From: Nemertoderma westbladi | Lineage: Eukaryota > Animalia > Xenacoelomorpha | Assembly: GCA_032718475.1 (NCBI GenBank) | Contig: JAUCBJ010003818.1 | Location: 1 to 37,151 of the forward strand | Length of the DNA stretch: 37,151 bases | Direction: 5' to 3' | Shown here: positions 23,802 through 36,801 of the stretch, piece after piece | Numbering within the stretch: position 1 is the stretch's first letter | How the letters are laid out: each line of letters opens with the position of its first letter | The notes under the pieces: generated by a model | Seen by the model: the letters and a program-made list of their open reading frames with translations, nothing else | The model's database searches: none | What the model was told of the DNA's origin: nothing | Position numbers and translations under genes: made by a program

Positions 23802-24320
23802 CACCACCCCTATTTTATCGACGGACCGGGCGTTATCGTCGAAGTCGACGAGTCGCTAATAGCGAAGTGGATGGGAAGGGGAACGTGGGCCACGAGGTGC
23901 CTGACAGCCTGAACGCGGGGTGTTCAGCACGATCTGCTGATCTGCCCATCTCAGCCTCAAACATGAGGGCTTCTTCCTTAAGATGGTCGACGGGCATCTT
24001 GACTCTTGAGGCAAATACGTTCTGACGTTGCTGCCAATTATAGGCAACTATCAGACTATATCGCGCCTGGTTCCATCATTCATTTCGATGGTTGGGCAGC
24101 ATGCACGGGATCGGTGCCATGCCGAACATGGCGTACTCACACCAAGTCGTGATCCATGACCAAAACTTCGTCGACCCAGTTACCGGCGACTGCACCAACC
24201 ACGTCGAGTGCTACTGGAAGAACTGCAAGCGCCGATTTAAGTCGATGTGCAGCGTCCAGAGCACCTTGCTGCCCAGCCACCTGGACGCGTTCATGTGGTG
24301 CGAGTTGCACGACCTATGTG
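23802..24320 (+). pseudogene. Merlin (IS1016/IS1595-like, ISXO2) DDE transposase remnant
   Basis: IDGPGVIVEVDESLIAK (from 23817), YIAPGSIIHFDGWAA (about 24060), and YSHQVVIHDQNFVDPVTGDCTNHVECYWKNCK...SHLDAFMW (ORF 24092..24397). The motifs are separated by frameshifts and stops. Confidence 0.85.
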
Positions 24321-24995
24321 AAAACTGGGACCACTGCCCTTACAAACTTGCTCGCGCATCTCAGTGTGTGGTATCCCACACCCTGACACTTCCCTGACTC
24401 GTCTTACACCAACCCAAACGGCCCTTTTCAGGGCAATGTTATATTTACTGATATCCAGTTGGAGTTGGATAACTGCGGAACTGGGACTAAATGTGAGGAG
24501 GGATTTATTTGGAACATAGTATGGCTTCCCTCTATCACTGTGACGGAATGAAAAGATTATCCCTATGAACACTTTTCGTTTTGAGTTTAATGAAACTTTC
24601 AAGCAACTGTTCTTGGTCAACAGAATTATCACAGACCGGACAAAGCTTCCAAATCAACTTTTAATAGTTACCCCACACCACAGAATTTTTCAGCTACCTT
24701 ATTGGTTGAACAGACACGACATGTTTTAAATGAAATATTAAGATGTTCCCCACTGCCCCACAGTTCTAACATGCTGCACCTTCCTTTACTGTTATAAGAA
24801 ATGATATGATATTATAAAGTTAACTAAGTAAATGTAAATCAATTTAAGTTTAATGATAGAATGATAATTTTGCATAATGTAGACAAACTGAATAAAGGGC
24901 TGATTTATTTATTAGAGTATCCTCCTATGCCTTATCTTCTTTTAGATTAGTGTGTTTTACTTTATATGTATTTTCCCCCTGTGTCTGCTGTATGT

Positions 24996-25577
24996 ATCTC
25001 CCTTAATACAACAACCATTTTTAGTGGGTCGGAGACTCGGAGCCCCACATCCCCCTATTTTTTTCAAATTTCAATCATATGCTACATATGTTTGGTGGTA
25101 GTTCGACAACTTTTCTTCCTGCTGGCCTTGCCTGATTTTTTAATTTATGAGCTATTTCGATACAACAAGCCGTTAAAAAACTCCTTTTTAGCAATATTTA
25201 AATTTAACCATCTCTTTTGGGTTTATTTTAGTCTTAAAATTTACACCCTAGTATTTTGATAATATCTTTGACATTTTTTGTTAAAATTTTAAAAGATTTT
25301 CAGATTTGGAATGTGCAGATGAAGGCGGTTCTCATAATATCTAGATTACATTCAAAAGATTAAAAATAAAGCCAAAAGAGATGGTTAAATATTGTTAAAA
25401 AGGCGTTTTTAACGGCCTCCTGTTGTATCGAAATAGCTCATAAATTAAAAAATCTGGCCAGGCCAGCAGTAAGAAAAATTGTCGAACTACCATCATACCA
25501 GATTTCGTAGCATATGATTGGAAATTAGGGGGGAGGGGGGGTTCCGACCCTTTAAAAATGGTTGTATTAAGGGAGAT
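24996..25577. mobile_element. Foldback MITE, Mutator-like
   Basis: Ends atctcccttaatacaac / gttgtattaagggagat, imperfect arms of about 230 bp, and a 9-bp TSD with one mismatch (gctgtatgt / ggtgtatgt). Confidence 0.8.
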
Positions 25578-25609
25578 GGTGTATGTTTTGTGTTCTTGTA
25601 AGATTATGT

Positions 25610-28600
25610 AATAAACCCTGTTTCAAATCTAAACCAGGTTTTATATCTAGGAACCGCAGGTTTTGTATGAATGAACCCCCGTTTCACACATCTAAACCAG
25701 GTTTTATATCTAGGAACCGCAGGTTTTGTATGACTGAACCCCCGTTTCACACATCTAAACCAGGTTTTATATCTAGGAACCGCAGGTTTTGTATGAATGA
25801 ACCCCCGTTTCACACATCTAAACCAGGTTTTATATCTAGGAACCGCAGGTTTTGTATGAATGAACCCATGTTTAAAATACATATAAACCAGGTTTTATAT
25901 CTAGGAACCGTAGGTTTTGTATGAATGAACCCCCGTTTCACACATCTAAACCAGGTTTTATATCTAGGAACCGCAGGTTTTGTATGAATGAACCCCCGTT
26001 TCACACATCTAAACCAGGTTTTATATCTAGGAACCGCAGGTTTTGTATGAATGAACCCATGTTTAAAATACATATAAACCAGGTTTTATATCTAGGAACC
26101 GCAGGTTTTGTATGAATGAACCCCCGTTTCACACATCTAAACCAGGTTTTATATCTAGGAACCGCAGGTTTTGTATGAATGAACCCATGTTTAAAATACA
26201 TATAAACCAGGTTTTATATCTAGGAACCGCAGGTTTTGTATGAATGAACCCATGTTTAAAATACATATAAACCAGGTTTTATATCTAGGAACCGCAGGTT
26301 TTGTATGAATGAACCCCCGTTTCACACATCTAAACCAGGTTTTATATCTAGGAACCGCAGGTTTTGTATGAATGAACCCCCGTTTCACACATCTAAACCA
26401 GGTTTTATATCTAGGAACCGCAGGTTTTGTATGAATGAACCCATGTTTAAAATACATATAAACCAGGTTTTATATCTAGGAACCGTAGGTTTTGTATGAA
26501 TGAACCCCCGTTTCACACATCTAAACCAGGTTTTATATCTAGGAACCGCAGGTTTTGTATGAATGAACCCCCGTTTCACACATCTAAACCAGGTTTTATA
26601 TCTAGGAACCGCAGGTTTTGTATGAATGAACCCATGTTTAAAATACATATAAACCAGGTTTTATATCTAGGAACCGCAGGTTTTGTATGAATGAACCCCC
26701 GTTTCACACATCTAAACCAGGTTTTATATCTAGGAACCGCAGGTTTTGTATGAATGAACCCCCGTTTCACACATCTAAACCAGGTTTTATATCTAGGAAC
26801 CGCAGGTTTTGTATGAATGAACCCATGTTTAAAATACATATAAACCAGGTTTTATATCTAGGAACCGCAGGTTTTGTATGAATGAACCCATGTTTAAAAT
26901 ACATATAAACCAGGTTTTATATCTAGGAACCGCAGGTTTTGTATGAATGAACCCCCGTTTCACACATCTAAACCAGGTTTTATATCTAGGAACCGCAGGT
27001 TTTGTATGAATGAACCCATGTTTAAAATACATATAAACCAGGTTTTATATCTAGGAACCGCAGGTTTTGTATGAATGAACCCCCGTTTCACACATCTAAA
27101 CCAGGTTTTATATCTAGGAACCGCAGGTTTTGTATGAATGAACCCCCGTTTCACACATCTAAACCAGGTTTTATATCTAGGAACCGCAGGTTTTGTATGA
27201 ATGAACCCCCGTTTCACACATCTAAACCAGGTTTTATATCTAGGAACCGCAGGTTTTGTATGAATGAACCCATGTTTAAAATACATATAAACCAGGTTTT
27301 ATATCTAGGAACCGTAGGTTTTGTATGAATGAACCCCCGTTTCACACATCTAAACCAGGTTTTATATCTAGGAACCGCAGGTTTTGTATGAATGAACCCA
27401 TGTTTAAAATACATATAAACCAGGTTTTATATCTAGGAACCGCAGGTTTTGTATGAATGAACCCCCGTTTCACACATCTAAACCAGGTTTTATATCTAGG
27501 AACCGCAGGTTTTGTATGAATGAACCCATGTTTAAAATACATATAAACCAGGTTTTATATCTAGGAACCGCAGGTTTTGTATGAATGAACCCATGTTTAA
27601 AATACATATAAACCAGGTTTTATATCTAGGAACCGCAGGTTTTGTATGAATGAACCCATGTTTAAAATACATATAAACCAGGTTTTATATCTAGGAACCG
27701 CAGGTTTTGTATGAATGAACCCCCGTTTCACACATCTAAACCACGTTTTATATCTAGGAACCGCAGGTTTTGTATGAATGAACCCCCGTTTCACACATAA
27801 ACCAGGTTTTATATCTAGGAACCGCAGGTTTTGTATGAATGAACCCCCGTTTCACACATCTAAACCAGGTTTTATATCTAGGAACCGCAGGTTTTGTATG
27901 AATGAACCCATGTTTAAAATACATATAAACCAGGTTTTATATCTAGGAACCGCAGGTTTTGTATGAATGAACCCCCGTTTCACACATCTAAACCAGGTTT
28001 TATATCTAGGAACCGCAGGTTTTGTATGAATGAACCCCCGTTTCACACATCTAAACCAGGTTTTATATCTAGGAACCGCAGGTTTTGTATGAATGAACCC
28101 CCGTTTCACACATCTAAACCAGGTTTTATATCTAGGAACCGCAGGTTTTGTATGAATGAACCCATGTTTAAAATACATCTAAACCAGGTTTTATATCTAG
28201 GAACCGCAGGTTTTGTATGAATGAACCCCCGTTTCACACATCTAAACCAGGTTTTATATCTAGGAACCGCAGGTTTTGTATGAATGAACCCATGTTTAAA
28301 ATACATATAAACCAGGTTTTATATCTAGGAACCGCAGGTTTTGTATGAATGAACCCATGTTTAAAATACATATAAACCAGGTTTTATATCTAGGAACCGC
28401 AGGTTTTGTATGAATGAACCCATGTTTAAAATACATATAAACCAGGTTTTATATCTAGGAACCGCAGGTTTTGTATGAATGAACCCCCGTTTCACACATC
28501 TAAACCACGTTTTATATCTAGGAACCGCAGGTTTTGTATGAATGAACCCCCGTTTCACACATCTAAACCAGGTTTTATATCTAGGAACCGCAGGTTTTGT

Positions 28601-28888
28601 ATGAATGAACCCATGTTTAAAATACATATAAACCAGGTTTTATATCTAGGAACCGCAGGTTTTGTATGAATGAACCCCCGTTTCACACATCTAAACCAGG
28701 TTTTATATCTAGGAACCGCAGGTTTTGTATGAATGAACCCATGTTTAAAATACATCTAAACCAGGTTTTATATCTAGGAACCGCAGGTTTTGTATGAATG
28801 AACCCCCGTTTCACACATCTAAACCAGGTTTTATATCTAGGAACCGCAGGTTTTGTATGAATGAACCCATGTTTAAAATACATATAAA
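25610..28888. repeat. 63/65-bp two-variant satellite, left block (about 51 units)
   Basis: A constant 48-nt part, aaaccaggttttatatctaggaaccgcaggttttgtatgaatgaaccc, followed by ccgtttcacacatct (A) or atgtttaaaatacatat (B). Confidence 0.97.
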
Positions 28889-30559
28889 GGCTCGTTCCAT
28901 GAAAAGGTCAACCTCCCCACTAATTTCGAAAAATGAGATGTAGCTTTGAATTTATACTTCTTTAAGGTCAAAATTTATCGTACTTCCTGAATTCAGTGCT
29001 AAAAATTGTATCAACACAGGTGGTTTCTCAAAAATAGTCGAATTACAAATTATGCACCTGCTCTGCACAAAATGTGAATAAAAGTGTGCAAAAGTTTCAT
29101 TTCTTGTAGGCACTTCCTATGACCAATAAATTAACATTTCTGAGCATGTACCAAATCAAAAACAAACCCATTTTCGTATTTTTTTGGTTTCATTTAATTT
29201 CACCAGTGTTTAATTCCTCTGTAATGAAATCGATAAAGTTAATCATGTGATGTCCCATACTTTACCTAAAATAGTGAAATTTTTAGTTTATTCACAGAGA
29301 TGTAACTCAGCCTAATCACCCAGTGGAATGCAAAGCACGTTTGTGTTGCGTCATCGTATAAAACAATTAGTTTCATCTTCACTCCCTCAGAAATATCATG
29401 GCGGCCAATTGAAAATTGTCCCATACTTTACCATTATAATGGCGATTACATTTTAGTGCACTGTATTAATGTAATATATGAAACCTGGAGGGCAGGAGTG
29501 TTATAATGCTTTAGGGTGATAGTAGGGGGAAGCATAGAAGTATGTATTTGAACTAACAATCATTACTTAGTTAACTAATCTTTGAGTTTATGCATGTAAA
29601 GTCCCGTACTTTACAACAAATTTCAAAAAATTTAGTTTTTTAGCAGATAAGAAGATCGGTAAGTACAGTAATTGATACATTTTTAGAAAAATGGAAGAAT
29701 TTCTAAACTTTTCACAGAATACATGTGTACCAAGTTTGGTTATTTCATCAGTCTTTCATCAGTGATTGGCGGACTTATTTCGGTTTTTGTCAAAATTTTG
29801 AAACTATCGGTACCAACAGACAGAATGTCTGATATGTGACCTTTGATTCCTTAAACTTCAGATTATTTCCAAACTTTTGACAGACTTCATACGTACCAAG
29901 TTTGGTTTAATTCCATCTATAAATGACCGAGTTATACAGTATTAGCGATCAAAAATTAGACAGATGACAGACAACTCCTCAACGGCACCCATATACTAAG
30001 ACTTCGGGTCAATTTGTGGGTCGCCCCACATTTTGTATCCATATCTTGGTTGGAAATACTTAGTTGCACTTTATTATCACTAATAATCCAGAAATTACTG
30101 TTAGGTTAAGTGTAAGAGACCATTTTGACCATAAAATTCGTACAGGTCCCGTACTTTACCTAGCAATGTCCCATACTTTACCACACACACCACACTGTAA
30201 AAAAAAAGCAATGCAGCAATTCTTCTGATATTTATATTTTTATTTAAGCTTAATAATACAGCTTTATCCTAAACATCAACTCAACACCGTACCTGCGCAC
30301 AATTCGCTAAACTTTAGAATTGAAATCATAAAATAAAAAAAACCATTTCGTACGAATCCGTACGTTACCTTAATTGGACAAGCTGGTGTTTTCTCAAAAG
30401 AGACTAAGTCCCGCCATAAGCTTCGCGAAATCAAAGCTGATATTCGAAAGTTCAATCCAAGCACAATTTTGTGCACATTTGTGCCGTGGATAACATTGTA
30501 CAGGCAATCAAAGTTCAAAATTGTGTACGAATGTCCCGTACTTTACTTTGGAATGAGCC
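28889..30559. mobile_element. Non-autonomous DNA transposon with 4-bp TSD inserted into the satellite (superfamily unresolved; Sola/Kolobok-like possible)
   Basis: TIR GGCTCGTTCCA / TGGAATGAGCC (10/11). TAAA is duplicated relative to the uninterrupted unit. Six internal gtccc(a/g)tactttac motifs. Confidence 0.8.
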
Positions 30560-31731
30560 TAAACCAGGTTTTATATCTAGGAACCGCAGGTTTTGTATGA
30601 ATGAACCCATGTTTAAAATACATATAAACCAGGTTTTATATCTAGGAACCGCAGGTTTTGTATGAATGAACCCATGTTTAAAATACATATAAACCAGGTT
30701 TTATATCTAGGAACCGCAGGTTTTGTATGAATGAACCCATGTTTAAAATACATATAAACCAGGTTTTATATCTAGGAACCGCAGGTTTTGTATGAATGAA
30801 CCCCCGTTTCACACATCTAAACCAGGTTTTATATCTAGGAACCGCAGGTTTTGTATGAATGAACCCCCGTTTCACACATCTAAACCAGGTTTTATATCTA
30901 GGAACCGCAGGTTTTGTATGAATGAACCCATGTTTAAAATACATATAAACCAGGTTTTATATCTAGGAACCGCAGGTTTTGCATGAATGAACCCCCGTTT
31001 CACACATCTAAACCAGGTTTTATATCTAGGAACCGCAGGTTTTGTATGAATGAACCCATGTTTAAAATACATATAAACCAGGTTTTATATCTAGGAACCG
31101 CAGGTTTTGTATGAATGAACCCCCGTTTCACACATCTAAACCAGGTTTTATATCTAGGAACCGCAGGTTTTGTATGAATGAACCCCCGTTTCACACATCT
31201 AAACCAGGTTTTATATCTAGGAACCGCAGGTTTTGTATGAATGAACCCATGTTTAAAATACATATAAACCAGGTTTTATATCTAGGAACCGCAGGTTTTG
31301 TATGAATGAACCCATGTTTAAAATACATATAAACCAGGTTTTATATCTAGGAACCGCAGGTTTTGTATGAATGAACCCATGTTTAAAATACATATAAACC
31401 AGGTTTTATATCTAGGAACCGCAGGTTTTGTATGAATGAACCCATGTTTAAAAAACATATAAACCAGGTTTTATATCTAGGAACCGCAGGTTTTGTATGA
31501 ATGAACCCATGTTTAAAATACATATAAACCAGGTTTTATATCTAGGAACCGCAGGTTTTGTATGAATGAACCCCCGTTTCACACATCTAAACCAGGTTTT
31601 ATATCTAGGAACCGCAGGTATTGTATGAATGAACCCCTGTTTAAAATACATATAAACCAGGTTTTATATTTAGGAACCCCAGGTTTTGTATGAATGAACC
31701 CCTGTTTAAAATACATATAAACCAGGTTTTA
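30560..31731. repeat. 63/65-bp two-variant satellite, right block (about 18 units)
   Basis: Same unit as the left block, resuming in register after the insertion. Confidence 0.97.
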
Positions 31732-32064
31732 AGTTTGTGAATCCCGTTCGATATGGTTGAAAATAAAGAATAAACCCAGAGTTTATTACTTCCCTAAACC
31801 ACCGGTTCGGCTTAACCACCGGTTTTCGAAACCACCGGTTTGCTGAAAGAATCGGCGATTAAAGTGGCTGGATTTTAATCGGCGATTCCTTCGGCAAACC
31901 GGTGGTTTTTCATTAAATAATACAGGTTTCGTTTTTTCAGTGTAGTGATATTAGTCATATTTTTGGGCACTTTTAAACGGAAAAATCCCAAATCATTTTT
32001 AGAAATAAAAAAATTGAAATTTCAAATTAAACGTTTTTTTTGGACGGAATGACGAAATAATTAT

Positions 32065-32240
32065 GGGGGCGTTCATAAAAGTATGTCACGCAAATTTTCC
32101 CGATTTTTGACCCCTCCCCCCCCTACCCTCTCTGTCACAAAGTGTCACGCAAGCTCGACCCCCCCCCCCTGCTCTCTGTCACATTAGTAAATTTAATTTG
32201 TATACCCCAAATCATACACCCCCCCCCCCCCCCCCCATTT
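32065..32240. mobile_element. Single end of a DNA transposon (GGGG terminus, Zator-like appearance)
   Basis: gggggcgttcataaaagtatgtcacgc followed by tgtcac motifs and poly-C runs. No partner end found. Confidence 0.35.
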
Positions 32241-32498
32241 TATGTCAATAATACACAATATTTGTTATGACAAAATAGATATAATATATGTAATATTGTG
32301 TACATTGTATATATTATATACAATATAAATCCAATCACTATTTACATTTTCCCAGGGGCAGGTCAAGTGTTCATCTATATTATTAATAATTAATAACTAT
32401 AGGTATTACAGAGTCGGAGTCAATGAGTCAAAAGTAGTTCTGCACCAATATTATTAATTTACATAAGTGATGGGTGAAATTAACAAAAATGTTACGTT

Positions 32499-32758
32499 AC
32501 GTTATCTAAGTCTGTTATTATTGAATATGCTAAATAGTAAAAAATCTTACCGGTAGGTGTGTTAGTACCAAAGTATGTAAAGAACTAAAAAGCAACAAGT
32601 AAGACCTAATAGCATCAAGCTTTTTGGTTTTTTACATACTTTGGTACTTACACACCCTACCGATAAGGTTTTTTACTTAACGTGCTTGATAATAAATAAA
32701 TATAATTCGTAATTATTGGTTACTCAAGCTTATACTTCAATATGCTAATAGATAACGT
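32499..32758. mobile_element. Palindromic MITE-like element
   Basis: Arms 32536-32593 and 32619-32677 are reverse complementary, with outer acgttatcta / tagataacgt. Confidence 0.65.
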
Positions 32759-32828
32759 TACCACAAAATAATCAGACAAAAGATTATTATTAAAAGCTTC
32801 TATAAGGTGGGTAGGGGAACAAACTTAC

Positions 32829-32834
32829 ATCCAT
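32829..32834 (-). CDS. Candidate annexin start exon (coding part Met-Asp; whole exon possibly 32829-32858)
   Basis: The minus strand reads ttattttgttag|ggacaactttagtaataaaacaacATGGAT|gtaagt: an A-rich start context and a consensus phase-0 donor, giving MD-TLEPTIRP. Only 6 coding nt, so homology cannot confirm it. Confidence 0.45.
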
Positions 32835-35764
32835 GTTGTTTTATTACTAAAGTTGTCCCTAACAAAATAACAGGTACTGGGTAGCTTGTCGTCAAATATG
32901 GAATACTCAATTAAATACAAATAAATTATATACAATGTGTAATTAATTAATAATGGCAATTGAACTAAATTTGTAGAATTACTATACAATTAAATTGTGC
33001 AAAGTAAATTATAATAAAAATATGAGGTTAAATATTAAATAAGACTGTATGAATTAAACTCAAATCTAAGGAATTTATAGCCTTACTCTGGTCAGCTGTA
33101 TAGCACAAAATCATAAAAAATTATTAATAATAAATTTCATTTTTTTCTGAACAAAAGCATTTTAAATCAACCATTACTCCATACCACGTCGTTCTAGAAC
33201 GACTTGGTAACTATGTGTACTATTCTTTACTATTAGGTATCGACCCGGCCTCAACCCTCGGTAAATTATTGGCACTTTTCGGCGGATAAAATTTACCTAA
33301 CAGCACAGGTGATAATATTATTTATTATTTAAGAACTAAAAAATACTCATTTTCACTAATTCACAAAAAAATTTCATCCCCTTATTTAGGATTCTGGATT
33401 TTATCTAAATTAATTGATGATTTGCACACATTTATAGAATAGCTAACTAATTAAAAATTTATGCAATTATATATTTGTGCACAATGATATCGAGAATCAA
33501 TCCTATTACCAGAATTTTAACAAATGCTTCTGTTCGAAAATTATTTAAAAAAAATCGATTTTTTGCCAGATTTTTGACAGATTTCGCCATTTTTGGCCAA
33601 AAATTTACACATTTTGTTAAATATTTCAGCTATAACAAAGAAATTAAAAAAAGTGGTAATAAAAATAGGGGGTGTTAAGCACCACCCAGTCATCATTCAT
33701 GCAAAATTTCATACGAATTCGTTCATTTTGGTAAAACCTTTGTTTGCATTTTGAAATTTAAAATTTGCATTCTTCAGAAAACGCATACGCATATAGTTTA
33801 GGCTTTAGTAGAGTAATTCTGTCCAATGAAATGTTAGAATGCACATAACTCCGCTAAAATTCTGTTGCACAAAATTCATCAGGAAAACCACAACAAAAAA
33901 GTTTCAGCTACATGGTATGATGTCCTTATATTTTGACAGACAGATCGTCGGACGGACAGACAGACTGACAGACAGACATAGAGACATAATAGTTTTCGTT
34001 AAAAGTGAAAACTGACGTTTGGAATGAAAATCCGCGTCCAGGATACATTCTTTTAGCTGGAAAGAATGCTTTTGTTATATTGTGACGGACAAACCGTCAG
34101 AAACACAATCCCAGACAGACAGTTTTCACAGACATTTACACAGAAGTAAGGTTAACATATATCACTCATAACTTTTGAACTACATTAGCTATTAACAAAC
34201 GGTTTGAAATTTTGAAATCACCATAAAATTCTGCACCGGGGGGGGGGGGGGGGGGGGGGGGGGTGGATTGGAATTGAAAAATCTATCTTTTTTCGGAATT
34301 AGTGACCCCCCCCCCCCCCCACTTAATACAAAATTTAATTAAGTTTAATTTAAAATGTTAACATTTTCGTATCATAAAAGTTGTGAAATTCGGGGCATTT
34401 GAAAAGTGGTGGAATTCTATGAACATAATCTTCTGGTAATTTCTGAATGGGGCACAGTCTTACAAGACCATAGGCCTGGCCTAGCTTTTAATTAACACTA
34501 TTCACAATAAGATACGTGATTCATCATGGCGTGATTATATATTGAGTCGGGCGAAAATCCTGTCTGTTTGGTGATAAAGTACCACCTCAAGAATTGGATT
34601 CTTAGGAATTGTATGCCAAGACTCCCTGCTCTCCACAATAATTAAATCACAAAAATTCAATAAATCAGTTAAACCTAGAAATGTTTTGTATCGGTACAGA
34701 ACTGTTGCTTTTAATGGTTTGATTTCAACGAAAAACGGGTAAGTAGAAAACATGCTGTTTCCCTGCTAGCTAATTCTCTTTACATAGTTGAAATACTTGA
34801 AACAAAGTAAAACGGAATAAAACATTGGATGTGTTTATATAAATACTTGTAAACTAATTAATATATTAAGTGGATATCGGGCCACTACAGTCTGAAGATA
34901 CAGATAAAAAGGCGCAAGTCGGGAATTAATTCGATGAAATGCTGTCACATGCTAATAAGCTCCGATGCACTAATGAAATGTTGGAGATGTGATGAAAATT
35001 GGTTGAAAATATTATAAGAAGAAGATTGCTAGGTAAATCAGATCAAAATCAACCAACCAAAAACAGTCAAGGAGATTTGGTCAGGGTCAGATAAAATAGA
35101 TCAGTTATAGTTGGGGGACTATCGAAATAAAAATTTTGAAATAAAATAATAACATTATTTACAATTCCTACAATATTACTGCAGAACCGGATTTATAAAC
35201 CGGTGTACCTTGTATTAAAGAATGTAATTGCAAAAAAACAATAAGAAATAATTCGCGACAAACAGCCCAACTACAAATCTACAACTTTCATATATATTCT
35301 GAAACAAGGAGCAAAGTACAACTAATAATAGAAAAAAATGCTGAGTAATTTACGGGGTGTGATAACGTAACTTAGAATGTTAGCCTAATAAGTTTATGAG
35401 AAATAATGGATATATTAATATTTGTCTGTATACAGATATTAATACAATAGTAATCACATATTATGTTGATAGATATAATAATATGTGATTAATATTGTCT
35501 GGTGCAATTAACATTGATTCTTTGGCGCGATTAAGCAGTCTGGAGAGAATAATACGATTTTATACTAACTTCACAGGACTTGGTCCTATCCTAATAAAGC
35601 AATACGTATAGGTTTAATATTGAGTTGAAAATATAAAGGCCTGTTACACCCACAGGCGCGTGAGCTGTAAACTATACCCTTTGACAGGTAGTTTGGATCC
35701 AATAATAGTTAGTGTTGCGTGGGGTATTGTAGCGGTACACTACCTGGAGCGACTCCGTGTCCAC

Positions 35765-36801
35765 TCAACACTTCGAAATAGTCAACACTTCGAAATAGTC
35801 AACACTTCGAAATAGTCAACACTTCGAAATGGTCAACACTTCGAAATAGTCAACACTTCGAAATAGTCAACACTTCGAAAAAACTATGTCAACACTTCGA
35901 AATGGTCAACACTTCGAAATAGTCAACACTTCGAAATAGTCAACACTTCGAAATAGTCAACACTTCGAAATGGTCAACACTTCGAAATAGTCAACACTTC
36001 GAAATAGTCAACACTTCGAAAATAAACCGATGTCAACACTTCGAAATGGTCAACACTTCGAAATAGTCAACACTTCGAAATAGTCAACACTTCGAAATAG
36101 TCAACACTTCGAAATAGTCAACACTTCGAAATAGTCAACACTTCGAAAAAACCATGTCAACACTTCGAAAATGGTCAACACTTCGAAATAGTCAACACTT
36201 CGAAATAGTCAACACTTCGAAATAGTCAACACTTCGAAATGGTCAACACTTCGAAATAGTCAACACTTCGAAATAGTCAACACTTCGAAATAGTCAACAC
36301 TTCGAAATAGTCAACACTTCGAAATAGTCAACACTTCGAAATAGTCAACACTTCGAAATAGTCAACACTTCGAAATAGTCAACACTTCGAAATAGTCAAC
36401 ACTTCGAAATAGTCAACACTTCGAAATAGTCAACACTTCGAAATAGTCAACACTTCGAAAAAACCGATAGTCAACACTTCGAAATAGTCAACACTTCGAA
36501 ATAGTCAACACTTCGAAATAGTCAACACTTCGAAATAGTCAACACTTCGAAATAGTCAACACTTCGAAATAGTCAACACTTCGAAAATAACCATGTCAAC
36601 ACTTCGAAATAGTCAACACTTCGAAATGGTCAACACTTTGAAATAGTCAACACTTCGAAATAGTCAACACTTCGAAATAGTCAACACTTCGAAATAGTCA
36701 ACACTTCGAAATAGTCAACACTTCGAACAAATCAGTCAACACTTCGAAATAGTCAACACTTCGAAATAGTCAACACTTCGAAATAGTCAACATTTCGGAA
36801 A
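35765..36801. repeat. 17-bp minisatellite, about 59 copies
   Basis: Unit gtcaacacttcgaaata, punctuated by six longer variant units. Confidence 0.97.

Larger units (their letters stand above)
22249..31942. mobile_element. Non-autonomous CACTA/EnSpm-type (CMC) composite transposon, about 9.7 kb
   Basis: TIR CACTGAAAAAAC(C/G)AAACCTGTATT (23/24 match), flanked by TA on both sides. Many subterminal aaacc/ggttt motifs and a subterminal hairpin at 31828-31908. Confidence 0.8.

Noticed and set aside
25583-31651. Many 60-110 aa ORFs (MNEPPFHTSK..., MYFKHGFIHT...)
   Set aside because: Satellite translations that frameshift at each 65-bp unit.
25610-31731. CRISPR-like repeat/spacer appearance
   Set aside because: There are only two recurring 15-17 nt 'spacers', no cas genes, and the context is a eukaryotic intron.
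33182-35491. Short palindromes at 33182-33209 and 35451-35491
   Set aside because: They are isolated, with no supporting context in AT- and MITE-rich DNA.
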